Assembly (NCBI GenBank): GCA_030704615.1
Contig: CM060734.1
Span: 23,498,001 to 23,562,000, forward strand
Length of the DNA: 64,000 nucleotides
Direction: 5' to 3'
DNA from: Takakia lepidozioides
Lineage: Eukaryota; Plantae; Bryophyta
Shown: one piece after another, positions 26,225 through 37,439 of the stretch
How positions within the stretch are numbered: position 1 is the first letter of the stretch
How the letters are laid out: the number at the start of each line of letters is the position of its first letter
Notes under the pieces: model-generated
The model's database searches: none
Told to the model about the DNA's origin: nothing
The model's input: only the letters and a program-made list of their open reading frames with translations
Position numbers and translations under genes: made by a program

Positions 26225-27558
26225 GTGGGAGGGGACACACCTGCTCGAGTGTGGGAGGATGGTCGAGTGAGGATTGTGCCTCACCCAACACAGCGGGCAC
26301 GGTTAGTGCGGCATGCCCATGAGGAGTTGGGGCATTTTGGGGTGCGACGCACTCATAGTCTACTGCAGGGGCAGTATTGGTGGCGTGGTATGCACACAGA
26401 GGTGCAACAATTTGTGGCTAGGTGCATGGTGTGTGACAGGGTGCGTGCTTCATTCAACGCCCCTACTCCACAATTGCACCCTCTTCCGATCATGGGATTG
26501 GGCTACAGGTGGAGTCTTGACTTCGCAGGGCCGTTGCCACTGACCATGCGCCACAACAAGTACGTGTTGGTGATGGTGGAGCACTTCTCCAAGTGGATTG
26601 AATTGGTTCCATTGCCTGATAAGGCTAGTGAGGGAGCTGCGTATGCATTCTTGGATTGTGTGCTTAGCCGATTCGGTGCTCCAGCTGAGGTACTCACGGA
26701 CCAAGGGAGAGAGTTCTTGGGGGAGTTTCAGGCTTTGTGTGACAAGGCCTTGATAGACCACCGCACCACTTCTCGAGATCATCCTGAGGCCGATGGCTTG
26801 GCAGAGAGAGTTGTTCAGACAGTAAAGAGGGGTTTGCGCAAGTATGGCTTGCAGAAGGGACACCTAGGAGATTGGGACCTTCAGTTACCATGGTTAGCCA
26901 TGGGCTACAGGTTCAGCAAGCAAGCATCACTTGCCTCCTTCTCACCATACTTTCTTCTCTTTGGCCGAGAGCCGGATTTGCCTACATCCATTCGCAGAGA
27001 AGCTGCTACGTTCTTAACCTTGACAATCCGGACGTGTAGGCACGTGCATGTGAGCAGCGTGCAGAGTTGTTCAAGAAAGTCACGCCCATGGCTTTCGAGA
27101 ACCTTGCCATTGCACAACATCGTGATACGTTGAGGTATGCTACCATACGTGGTGGGGGCTATCGTCCTGGGGTTTGGAGATTCAACCCTGGTGACTATGT
27201 CTATCTGCAGCAGACTGCTCCTACGACATTGGATGTGACTGCAGGACGTGTTATTTTGAGGGTTCGAGAGGTTTTGCCCTCAGGCGTCTTGGTCTTGGAG
27301 GGTCGGGATGGCATAACTTGGAAGGACCATATGCGTAATTGTGCGCCATGTCACTTTCCGAATGTCGATGGCAGGATTGACCCAAACCTGGCAGTGGTAT
27401 CTGCAAGTTTGAAATGCATGTTGTGTGGGTCTGCTAGAGGGGCAGTCACCATGCTGGTGTGTGATCGATGCTCTAGAGGTTGGCATATGGGATGCTTGAC
27501 TCCACCTCTTGAGATGGTTCCTGATGGGGATTGGTTATGTCCACATTGCATTGGATAG
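26225..27558 (+). pseudogene. DDE integrase with C-terminal PHD finger
   Basis: HEELGH..CMVC zinc site; SLDFAG, LTDQG, AERVV catalytic triad; PHD CMLC..LVCDRC..WHMGCLTPPL..VPDGDWLCPHC (~27415-27552). Confidence 0.93.
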
Positions 27559-27802
27559 TGGGAGTGGATACAACCATGGAAGGCTAACAAGAAATGCAAG
27601 GCCAAGCTACTAGGAGACCAACACACGAGATCCTGACTCAAGTTCACAGATTGCAAGACGACAACTAACGATGGGGTTGCTCTTGTACCTGGCCTCTTGG
27701 TCTATAGAGTTTGAGTACAATAGGGACAGTGATAGAGGACTTAGTATGGCTGTGGCTATTACATCTTGTAGCTATCTGGAGTTAGAGGGACCTAACCACC
27801 AA

Positions 27803-27815
27803 CTAGGGGGGCGAT
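27803..27815 (+). other. Polypurine-tract-like sequence immediately before repeat B
   Basis: CTAGGGGGGCGAT directly followed by TGTGG. Confidence 0.6.
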
Positions 27816-27900
27816 TGTGGTATAGCTTTATAGGATTGTGTCCTTAGATTGTGTGGTGGACAGCGATGTATGTTGTGGCACGATGCTTAGGTGCATGACA
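27816..27900 (+). repeat. Terminal repeat B (85 bp)
   Basis: 4 mismatches versus 28325-28409; begins TG, ends ATGACA. Confidence 0.95.
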
Positions 27901-27902
27901 GC

Positions 27903-28323
27903 TGTCATGGTTTTAGCCATGGTTATCTAGAATTACCTACTTCCAGTTAACTAGGACATTTTAGATATTTATATTTATATTTTGTGTGTTGGGACTTCAT
28001 TTGGTCTCACATGCCAAGTGAGGTGTCGAGCCTCACTTGAGACATGGAGATAGGTTTTCCCCTTGTGAGTGTTGAGGAGGCTCATCGTCTTGTAGTTGAG
28101 CCTCCATGAGCTTCTCTCACCTCCATAGCTCTAGGTATTGAGAGGGAGTGTGTTGAGGGCTTTGTAGGGTGGATTCCTTTAGCAAAGGTGCCCTTGGCTT
28201 GACTTAGTTTATGTGATAGAGTGGATTTCACTTGGAAGGACTAGGGCTTGTTTTTCATGTGATTGCTTCATGCTTTGAGAGCTTTCATTGTCTTCTACTT
28301 CTCTCATTTTTCATCTCTTATCA
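27903..28323 (+). repeat. Repeat A' (second copy of A)
   Basis: Matches 17388-17808; joined to B by GC, forming the palindrome CATGACA-GC-TGTCATG. Confidence 0.95.
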
Positions 28324-28324
28324 T

Positions 28325-28409
28325 TGTGGTATAGCTTTCTAGGATTGTGTGCTTAGATTGTGTGGTGGACAGCGATGTATATTGTGGCACGATGCTTAGG
28401 TGCACGACA
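28325..28409 (+). repeat. Repeat B' (element 3' end)
   Basis: Matches 27816-27900 and is followed by TSD AGAC. Confidence 0.95.
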
Positions 28410-30140
28410 AGACCTATTTGCTTGGAATGAGGAAACATCCCACTGTTTCAAGCTATCTTAAGAAAAAAATGATAGGGTTGAGTCTTTTTCCAAATGTTTC
28501 AAACGATCCCAAGTTTAGCCTACTCTGGGATTTTATTGAGGACAACGGTTTTAAGAGTCTCAGATATGATGCTTCAAAATAAATTAATTTTGATCAATCC
28601 CATCTCACTCGAGCTATTGAATATCTTCATGGTTTCTGTTTTTCATTTCCTTGGAATCACACACATGAAAGATATGGTACTTTCATTTAATTGACTCATT
28701 TTCAGATGAATTCTTGACGCACATTCCGAGCAATCCCAAGACTCTGATACAGGCCTTCATACGGGGACATGACTATATCTAGTGACCTCCACTGTTCAGT
28801 GGAGGTTCACATTCGTGCACTCCCGGATTTATGATTATGTCTCTTTGGCAGGTTCAAGGAGATGCTGACGACGTCATCGGTTCCTCAAGTCCCGTAATGG
28901 AACCCTCCGGATCAGCAGTGAGTCGGAGTATTGAAGGCTTTCCGAGGGTTCACGATGGTGCTCAAATTGAGGGTGGATCCTCTGTCAGACCCTTGTCCTC
29001 CCGAGAAGCTGGTGACACTCTTCTCCTCTTGGGTCTTCCTGGGTGTAAAGTCCAAGGTGCAGGTGAAGAACACAAATATCCCGGAGACTTTATCGACCTT
29101 TCCCAACATTCCTCACCCTCCCTGTTCAGTACGCAGGGTCTGGTCTATCCAACTCGCAGGACAACCGTCGGGGACTCGGCTATGGCTCCGCTGCACCTGC
29201 TTCCGTCTCTTCCTCGCATATCTCCCCAGCACGAGGGTTGGACAGCCCAAATCCGCAGGAGTCAGGTGACTTAAACTCATTTCTTGCTCCTTGCTCATTC
29301 TCCTAATTTCACTTAGTTTGGGGTCTGATATTCATCTGTCGCTCCAGGTAAGAAAATCTGCAGATTATGACCTTCCTGTCAAATGACGTCTGCATTGGAA
29401 TGCAGTTCCAAGGTAAATTATTCATTCGTTGCGTTTTCATTCCATCCAGGATGTCGAGTGCTCAAGGGACAATTTTATGTGCTTGCCTGTTGTTGCCCCT
29501 CCACTCCTCCCGTCGTTCAATGGCAAAACATCTCCAACATCGACACAGCGTGACCCTGAACTGCTGGCACAATGTTCTGCACCAAAGAGGCGAAAAAGAG
29601 CCCCCGAACCATTTCCTTCCTCTGTAGGAAATCTTTTCAACGGACAAAAAGCTGACAAGAAAAAAAGAGCGGACGCCAAATACTTGAGGACTCCCTCGGA
29701 TGTTGTGGCCCCTCGTCAATCCAAACCCGCGGGAATCCACTGTTCTTCTGCAAGACATTCCAATAAGGCTTCAATGGTACATTTCAAAACAATTTCTCCA
29801 CTTTCGTTTGCAGTTTGTTTTGCTGTCCCAAACTAACTCCGTAATTTTTCTACAAACGAGTATGGAGCCGCATAACTTCTGGAATGCGCCTCCCGACAAG
29901 GTACGTCCACTAACCTCCACTTGACAGCCGACGTTCATCTTTTCGTGATCTCGAACTCTTCGATATATGGTCTACTCTTGGTCCTTTACAGTAGTCCATT
30001 GTCGGGACACTTATGTCTCCGGAAACGTAGAGGTCACTCTGAAACTAAGAAACACTACATTGTGTTGTTTCTGACGGCGGGAACACTTAAATTGCGTAGG
30101 ATGGCATCGTCCACCAACCTTCATTTGCCACATCGGGGAA

Positions 30141-30850
30141 GAGGAAACGGATGTTGTTAATATTGAGTGTCAACGGACTCATCTGCTACCGGCCACCTCC
30201 AACTGGCGGTGAATTGTTTAAGGAGAGATTTCGTTTCAGGAAAGTTACAGTTCATGTTCCCGACAGACCTTTTGTGGTTCCCCGGCCCGGAGTCTTGGAG
30301 TTTCTCAACCTTGCGTTCATGCATTTTCACGTGGCGATCTGGTCATGTGCTGAAAGAGATGTTCTTTGTAGGATGCTCAAGTGCTTAGTTCCTACGAAAA
30401 TTGCGAAGAAGTTTTGCTTCATCTGGTTAGCTGAGGATTGCAAAGACACTACAGGTTACATCATGCATGGGATGAAATATCTTGTTAAGGATATTCGCAC
30501 TGTTCTTGCCAAGTACCCTGGTACAAACCTTTGCAACGCAGGGACAAATACTCCTTGTCGATGATGAGCCATCAAAGGGCCTCCGAAACCCACCAAATAC
30601 TGGATTCTTCCTATTTCATACAAGCCATCACCAAAGGGCTTGGTTGACCTAGATGATATGACAAAAGCTGTGTGGCCATATATATTGAAAATGGCTGCAG
30701 CTTCAACAGTCGTAGATTACATCAGCGAGAACCCTCCCAAGTGTTCTCGTAAGCCTATTGGTCGCGACCATGCCTATTGGGCTTGGTATGGAAGATATGT
30801 TGATCCTCGTGTTTGGATCCCACAACAAAATGAACGTGATTACCTTGGTA
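30141..30850 (+). pseudogene. FCP1/SCP (NIF) phosphatase-like domain 3
   Basis: LLILSVNGLIC, RPGVLEFLNLAF, VAIWSCA, LVKDI, then frameshifted ILLVDDEPSKGLRNP. Confidence 0.75.
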
Positions 30851-31760
30851 TGTACTTATCCCACTGTTTGTTGTTTATGGAGAATTTGATCTTGAAAGTG
30901 TCTTCCACTTGCACTTTAACTTTATCATTTTTTCTACAAATGTTCCACATTTCAGCTGACATTTGTTATATGAAAAATTGTTTTACCCAGTCACATTCAA
31001 GGACCGAATTCGAAAAGAAGAAGAAGAGCTTCATGATTGGCAAGAATGGCAGGCTTCCCGGCAGGCTTCAAGGGCATCAAGAGATTCAACAAGTAGAGTT
31101 CCAAGTAACATTTCGGATGATAATGTTACTACTAGGTTCGAGTTCTCTGAAAGTATTTCCGTTTCCTCTGGTGCGGAGACCGTTGCAAGTGGTTGTGGAA
31201 ACCGGAGGCGTCTTCAAACACATGCCTTGATTGCGAGCCGTTTGGGAGGAGGCTCTGTAATATTAATGGGTTAGTATGAGCCGTTGTATGGCTTCGAGCC
31301 ACTGGATAACATTAAGTCCAACGGATGTACAGTTGACGGTACATTATGTCTGACTGCAACACCAAAGTTGCAATCTCTAATAAAATATGAATGTTTATCA
31401 TCAATGTATGCGGACTCATTCTTTCATGTCATCTTCTTCATCACATGCCATGATTGTTCTATGTTTGTTTTTGTATGTCATCTGATATGGCAACCTTTTG
31501 ATGCAAAAAGTTTTATATATCTGACCTCACATCATGGGTGTATTATTGCATCCTCCCATGATTTTTTTCATGAACGTCAACTTGGCAGTGGATGTTCTTC
31601 TAAAACCACAATACATACTTATATTGTCTCCAAAAAATATTCGGAGGATTATTGTTCATGGTTATATTGTGCATAAAATAGCCAAATAATCATATATATC
31701 GCTTTATTTCAATAATAAATTTTATTTATTCATATTTCTCATATTATTTCTGGACCAAAC

Positions 31761-31790
31761 AAAAGTCCAGAATTAGTTAAAATAGTGTTG
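31761..31790 (-). repeat. Right terminal inverted repeat of the Sola-like element
   Basis: Reverse complement matches 4111-4140. Confidence 0.9.
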
Positions 31791-32540
31791 GTCGTTTATT
31801 GGGCTCTAGTAGTTGGTGTGTGGGGGCCACTTTAAATGCACATCTCGTGCATATCGGGCCACATGTAGGCTTCATATTAGATAGTATTTCAGTGAGAGAT
31901 GATACCCTCTATAGCTCAGGCATAGCATTTTTGTGTACTGCCACTTTCATAATATATATCAATTAGCCACTTGGGCCAAAATTTAGGCAATCGATGCCAC
32001 AAGCTGTTTGTTCAATTGCTCATATGCACAATTTTTTCCTACTGCACCAAGCAGCGTAGCTACGGCGTGAGCCCAGCCCTGTGAGCCTGGGAGCTGAGCT
32101 CACGTTGTAGCTACAAAGCGTGAGCTGAGCTCACGCTTCAAGGAAGCGTGAGCGGCACAAATCTGCTGGAGAAGTAGGTCCTATAGGCGAGGATTGCAAG
32201 AAGAGGGCCTATTACCGTGGACAAAACAAAGAGGGCCACCATGCACCATGTCTGCAATGCCTGCACAAAAAGAGGAATATGAAAATATGGCAATTGAGCT
32301 CAGAATGATGACACACTTTATTTCAATTCACAGATAGACGCTTACAATGAATGGCATGTGCATTTGCCCTGGTTCCGTGAACGAAATGTATGTGTTTGTC
32401 CTAAATGCAAAGTCTTCACACGGTAACCTGGAAACCAGCGTGGGAAGCGGGCATGGCTCGTATGTGTTCAAAGAGAATTTGGCGGAGCCCTACGTGAGGT
32501 GTCCCCGCTGCACGAAGGGTGATGACTTCTTCTCCGTAGC

Positions 32541-35500
32541 CTAGTGTGGCTGGTGAATGAATTGGTCTCTCTTACCGTCGCAACACATAATTACAAGGTA
32601 TATGTAATATTGATGCTTGCAGGGTACCCACTTCCTCCTTCTCATGCTGAGAGCGCCCTCACGCATCGTTACAAAATCCGGACAAGTGCAAGTAGGGAAA
32701 TCCCCACGGTAACCTGATATTCTTTGCCATGAAGAACTGAGCCAATAGTACAGCACTGTGTAAATCGTCCATACCCCCGGGGCAGGGACTTCGGTGATAC
32801 GAGCCACCCGAGCCTGAAAAATTCTAGCCGATTCCATCTTGCATTCGTGATCTGCACCCGAAGCGACACAACGCACTGTTTTTCCATCTCTTTTTGTTGG
32901 GTGGGAGTCGGCACCGGGTGGAGGCATTGCCGGAGCATGTGGCACATCTATGCCGACAGTGCACAAGGGCACCACCCGGGACCGTGCAAGACAAAACCCT
33001 CCCTCCTCCAGCATGCTTATCCTCGGTTGTTGACAGCGACGTCCAAGTTTCACAGGCCAATGGGCGGGGGAGGGGGTTTCATTATCACCGAAGGACGAAC
33101 TGTTCCCTTGACGCATCGTGCCATATCGTCTGGGCAGAACCAGAACTTGTGGTCCTTTGACTCCCCACTATGATAAGGTCGGAACAACCCTGTGAATGTT
33201 GGAGCTAGAGTCCCCCTAGAGCCTTTGCATATTTTTGATTTGCATTTCTTGAAAGAGGGGGTCCGAATTGCCATGCAAGCACCTCTAGATCTGGTGGGGT
33301 GCGTTCTATATGCCACTCACTATCAATGCAATCAATTCCTGTTCCTGCACCATGGCCACCACCTTCTCCAATGGGATTCCTGCTACTGTGCTTGCATGTT
33401 TTTGCACCTGCTCCACTGAGAGGAGACCCACCTGGGAAGGGCTGGCACACGACTTACTCTGCACTGGAGACACCTTTGGCACAGAGAAATTGACCCTGTC
33501 TGGGCGATGGGAATCTCCATCTGACCCTGGAAGAGTGTTCAATTTCCTTTTGCATGATCCAAATCTTTCCTCTCCTTCCAAATGAGGGAGCCTGGATTGC
33601 AAATGGGAGCCTTCAGTGCACCTGTTCAGAGCTCTGGCCATCTTCGATGGGTCTCCGAACCTACTCGCAGCCTTAGCATCAACAAAGTCGTACCAGGGCC
33701 CTTGCCTCCACCCCGTCCCATCAGAAAATTGCGGTACCCGCTGGTTTGTTGTGTAAGTGCCCCTCACCATGTCATCAGCGTGGCCACATACAAGTCACGA
33801 CATGCTTTGGTAGATTCTGCTGGCATCCAGACGTTGTGAATAGTCTCCGCCAAATTACAGGATGGCATGTCGGCCAAGTCCTCCAAGGACATGTCCTGTA
33901 GGAGGCATTGCATGAAAATGTGAGGAACAAAAGGAAATGGAAGAGGTTCTGCAAGCGACAATCCAAGAACCCCAAATGAACAGGCACGATGCAAAATTGT
34001 GTGTTTTTTGGATTGAAGAGGCTTACTGTCGTCATGAAAGCTCCCCACTGTCTATACCTGAAGTGCCAGAAAAAAGAACCAGTCCTCCAACTCCTTCAGG
34101 TGGATACCAGTAGCAGCACCAGAGGAGAACCACCAAGCCCGGATTGCCTGGTAAGTGCTCTCAGCTTCTCCCATTGAGGTGGCATTTTTGTACTTGAGAC
34201 AAAGCCTTCTGTGCTCCAACTGAAGGTCAGGGCGAATGCAGCGCTTTGTATGACGTGCCAGAGATTGACTCCAATGGAAGAGGCATGTGTGCTCCCTATT
34301 TTCCATTGGGACCTTAGGATCCCCCGAACCAAACACGTGCCGCACTGCATTGAAATTTGCCTGTGCACTATCAGCCATAAGCCCGCAAAATTTGTGTTCT
34401 GTATTCCATTGCGCTGCATGATGGCCAGGGGCGAATTCCACATGAGCATAGGGGATTCACTGTCTCTCCGACTGCATATCACAAATTGTTATTGAGAGCA
34501 CACGCTGGTACGCTGGATCATACACACGGCACACCATGGTTGTCCAACCCTTCACCTGTTTGCAGTGATCAAACATCAACCAACATTTAGCCAAATCTCC
34601 TCCAGGTTGCATTCGGCGGACAATGCTCACACCACTGCCTTCGCCCACTCGGCGGACCATCTTGAACAAATACACCTGGACGAGCCCTGGCCATGGAAGA
34701 TACTGTTTGAATGATTCATAGCGACTTCTCCGTTTGCGGTCCATAATGTTGTCCATGAATCCAGCAGTGCCTGTGCCGACTCTGAATGCATTCACCTGTT
34801 TCGAATATTGGGAGAGCTCAACACGGAGAAATGGTCCATCACTGCATCAATCGGAATCTGCCTCCAGCATTGGTTGTTGTCGAATCCCCTTCACCCAGTA
34901 TGTGTTTTTCCAGGAAAGCCTTGCTAGCTGTAAGCGCATATAGGCATAAGGTGTTGCACAAGGGGCATTGTGGAACCTCCTACTTTAGCATCAGATTCTA
35001 GCAGATGTCCACGCTAAACATCCTAGCAAGCTTCCTTTGGTACACGGATGCTCGTGTGGCACCCATATGAATGCATGCACAAGTCATTGTCTTGCATCGT
35101 TGTGCCATCTGGTACATACGAGTGTGGCACCCAGAAACACAAGACGGGGAATGTTTGCAGAACCTCCACACAAAGTATTGGTCTTGGGGGGCAGTCCTGG
35201 GGTGAAAGGATTCAGGGCACCCCTTCCACTCACTTTCGTTTGGTTGAGCGCTGGTTTTCTCATCCGAGGGCAAGAAATATTCAGTCAGAAACTTGAAATG
35301 CCCAACGCAACCGACCTTCAAAATTTCAATCCAATGTCGTTGTGGATGTTCGACGTTTTTGTCTTGCATCCAAAGGGGTCCATCATGTTTCTTGTGCCAT
35401 GCCCTGCATAGAACCCAGCGCAGTCCATTGGAAGACGTGGAGGGTTGAGCTCAAACAAGATGTCGCCCATCAAACTCTGGCTGCACGTATTGAACCCGCT

Positions 35501-36090
35501 GCACACGAAGGACTCCCAATCAACAAAAACGCATATGCTCGTCGTCTTGCAACGCAAGGCACCTCTGCGAGGGCTTTCAATTTTGGAATGACACTCTTAT
35601 CTCTTGCAATTCGTCATTCAATCCGCTAGATGGAGTCTCGGGCATCCGTGGCAGAGAATCTCAGAAACATCCTGTCGAGGATGAGTATGAAAGAGTCACA
35701 AATGTAGTGATGTGCTCACCTCTTGTTCACCTAACTGTGGCTCTTTTGCTGCACGACCGATGTTGCAGTTCCAGGGGTAATGACTGATCCTAGCTGATTG
35801 TCTTCTCTCTTTCGCAAGACACTTGTATGTGCCTGGAAGGACTCTCACTTACCTCTTCCACACTCGCCAACCAATGGTTCTCCAAGTGTCCAGAATCCAA
35901 ATTCCGCATCCTCGTCATACACCCTCTTTTGGAAAAATCAAAAAACCCCCATTCGAGTGGGTAACACTGTAACCAGCTCATCCCCTCATGAACACTACAA
36001 ACCATCGTCGTCTGCAGTGGCAGTCAGTGGAGGACTACTTGCATTGGAATGAAATCGGCGAGTCTATCTCGCTCATTAGACATGTTTTCC
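32541..36090 (-). pseudogene. Mutator-like transposase with GCM-like domain and SWIM finger (MULE-1), many frameshifts
   Basis: LMFDHCKQVKGWTTM, LMADSAQANFNA, CLFHWSQSL, NLAETIHN, CTCPDF..PCKHQY; collinear with 46014-49646. Confidence 0.9.
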
Positions 36091-36879
36091 TATGCTGACC
36101 GAAAGTTGCGATTCACAACAGAATCCCCAAACTGATGGAGCCCGTAATTTCTCGAAAGGGGATCCACCACAAACAAATTGAGGTCAACAGGGTATGCACT
36201 ACCCAAAGGCTGCGGGCGATGCATCAAAAGGATGAAGGCACCAACCAGAAAAACTGTTTTCAAAGACAAGAAGCCACAAAGGGCGTGCTGTTTTTGGTAT
36301 AAAAACATAACCCTGACATGACATGAAACCATCCATTATGGAAAGACGGCAACAACCCTGGAGAGCAGTAAACAGGAAGACCCCGAATGTAATGAGGTTG
36401 TGTTGTGCCAGAAGAGCACAGCACAAACACTGACACTCCAAGAGTCACCTCGCACGGATGTGTGCAACACAAGATCATTTCCGACACAACCCTTTATACC
36501 GAATGACCCCATGGCGACGATGACGGAAAAATGCAAACCACAGGGTAGGCAGTACGATACACGTGGATGCATATGTGAAGCATAACATTTATGGCGAATC
36601 TGCAAGAACTGCTCGAAATTGAACTAGCATTAGATTTCTACGGCACTTCCGAATTTGAAAGAATGCAAGAAGGCCGCCATGTATTGGCAGGCGGCGAAGT
36701 ACATCTGACATATATCACAAGTACATGCAACGGATGTACATATTTTCTAGCACTTTTTTTCTTGGATAATACAAAGACGCCGAAATGGATGAATTCCGTT
36801 CGCACACAATAACAACACCCGCATCCAAATACGGTTGACAATGTCCAATTTTGATTTTGGTTACATGCCATAGCAACCC

Positions 36880-37314
36880 TTGTTGAACGTCAAACCGAAG
36901 AGCTCTAGAGGCATCGTGGGGAGCCCTTGTTTCCAGCGGAGGAGGAAGAGAAGAAAGTCATTATACTTCACGAGCTCTAGAAACAGGAATAGAGCCAGAT
37001 ATAGAATGAGGATGGAAAGAGTGGACGAAGAGGAAAAGGCGGAAGAAGAGGGCAAAGAGGAAAGTATGGCGATGGAAGAGCAGGAATCCGGAGAAGAACA
37101 GCTGCCTGCCATAGTTCCAAGAACAGGTGAGGAGGACACTGCATCCGAGGGAGAGACAGACGCCGAAGATGATGTTGATGCTGGCCTCACGAAGAACCTC
37201 ATAGTGGAAGAGAGGATGGGGGAGATGCTCCAGAACATGCGATGCGTGGAGAGCAGTCCAAAGCGCAAAGGGTCCCCGGCGATTGGGGAGTCTTCTGGAG
37301 CAGCCCAAAAAAAG
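36880..37314 (+). pseudogene. First exon of the MULE-1 ParB-MTase gene (basic then acidic)
   Basis: RRKSLYFTS..RARYRMR is homologous to RRTLYFTS..RAKERMR in MULE-2; donor aag|gtac at ~37315. Confidence 0.7.
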
Positions 37315-37439
37315 GTACAATCTTTGAAAACCACCTTTGTGCTTCATTGCTGATGTAAACCCCAGTTGAGATTGTATTTTAATATGAACATAGTCTACAC
37401 GCGGCATCTCTGCCGGGTTGCATCAACCGCGAACAAGAA

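Larger units (their letters stand above)
17388..28409 (+). mobile_element. Ty3/gypsy retrotransposon carrying a C5 DNA methyltransferase and a PHD finger, with split direct terminal repeats
   Basis: Starts TGTCAT, ends ACGACA, 4-bp TSD AGAC (17384-17387 / 28410-28413). Domain order is Gag-PR-MTase-RT-RH-IN-PHD. Confidence 0.93.
16825..28582 (+). pseudogene. FCP1/SCP (NIF) phosphatase-like domain 2, split by the gypsy insertion (16825-17387 + 28414-28582)
   Basis: LIIFDVNGVLC, LGIWSS, FLKPL, NTLLIDDTAMKCVLNP. Removing 17388-28413 restores LLKVLQT-YLLGMRKHP in frame. Confidence 0.8.
4108..31793. mobile_element. Large Sola1/DUF7869-like DNA transposon (~16.7 kb without the nested gypsy element)
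   Basis: CAACACTATTTTAATTAATTCTGGACTTTT (4111-4140) matches the reverse complement of 31761-31790 at 29/30. It encloses a DDE transposase, and one 24-bp palindrome recurs on both sides of the nested retroelement. No clean TSD; the exact terminal 3 bp are uncertain. Confidence 0.8.

Noticed and set aside
4104-31797. Target-site duplication of the Sola-like element
   Set aside because: Flanks GTAG and GTTT match only 2/4, so no TSD is claimed
1346-31890. Termini of the pogo-like element (TACCGTGC at 1346; possible end near 31886)
   Set aside because: The inverted match is too weak to support boundaries
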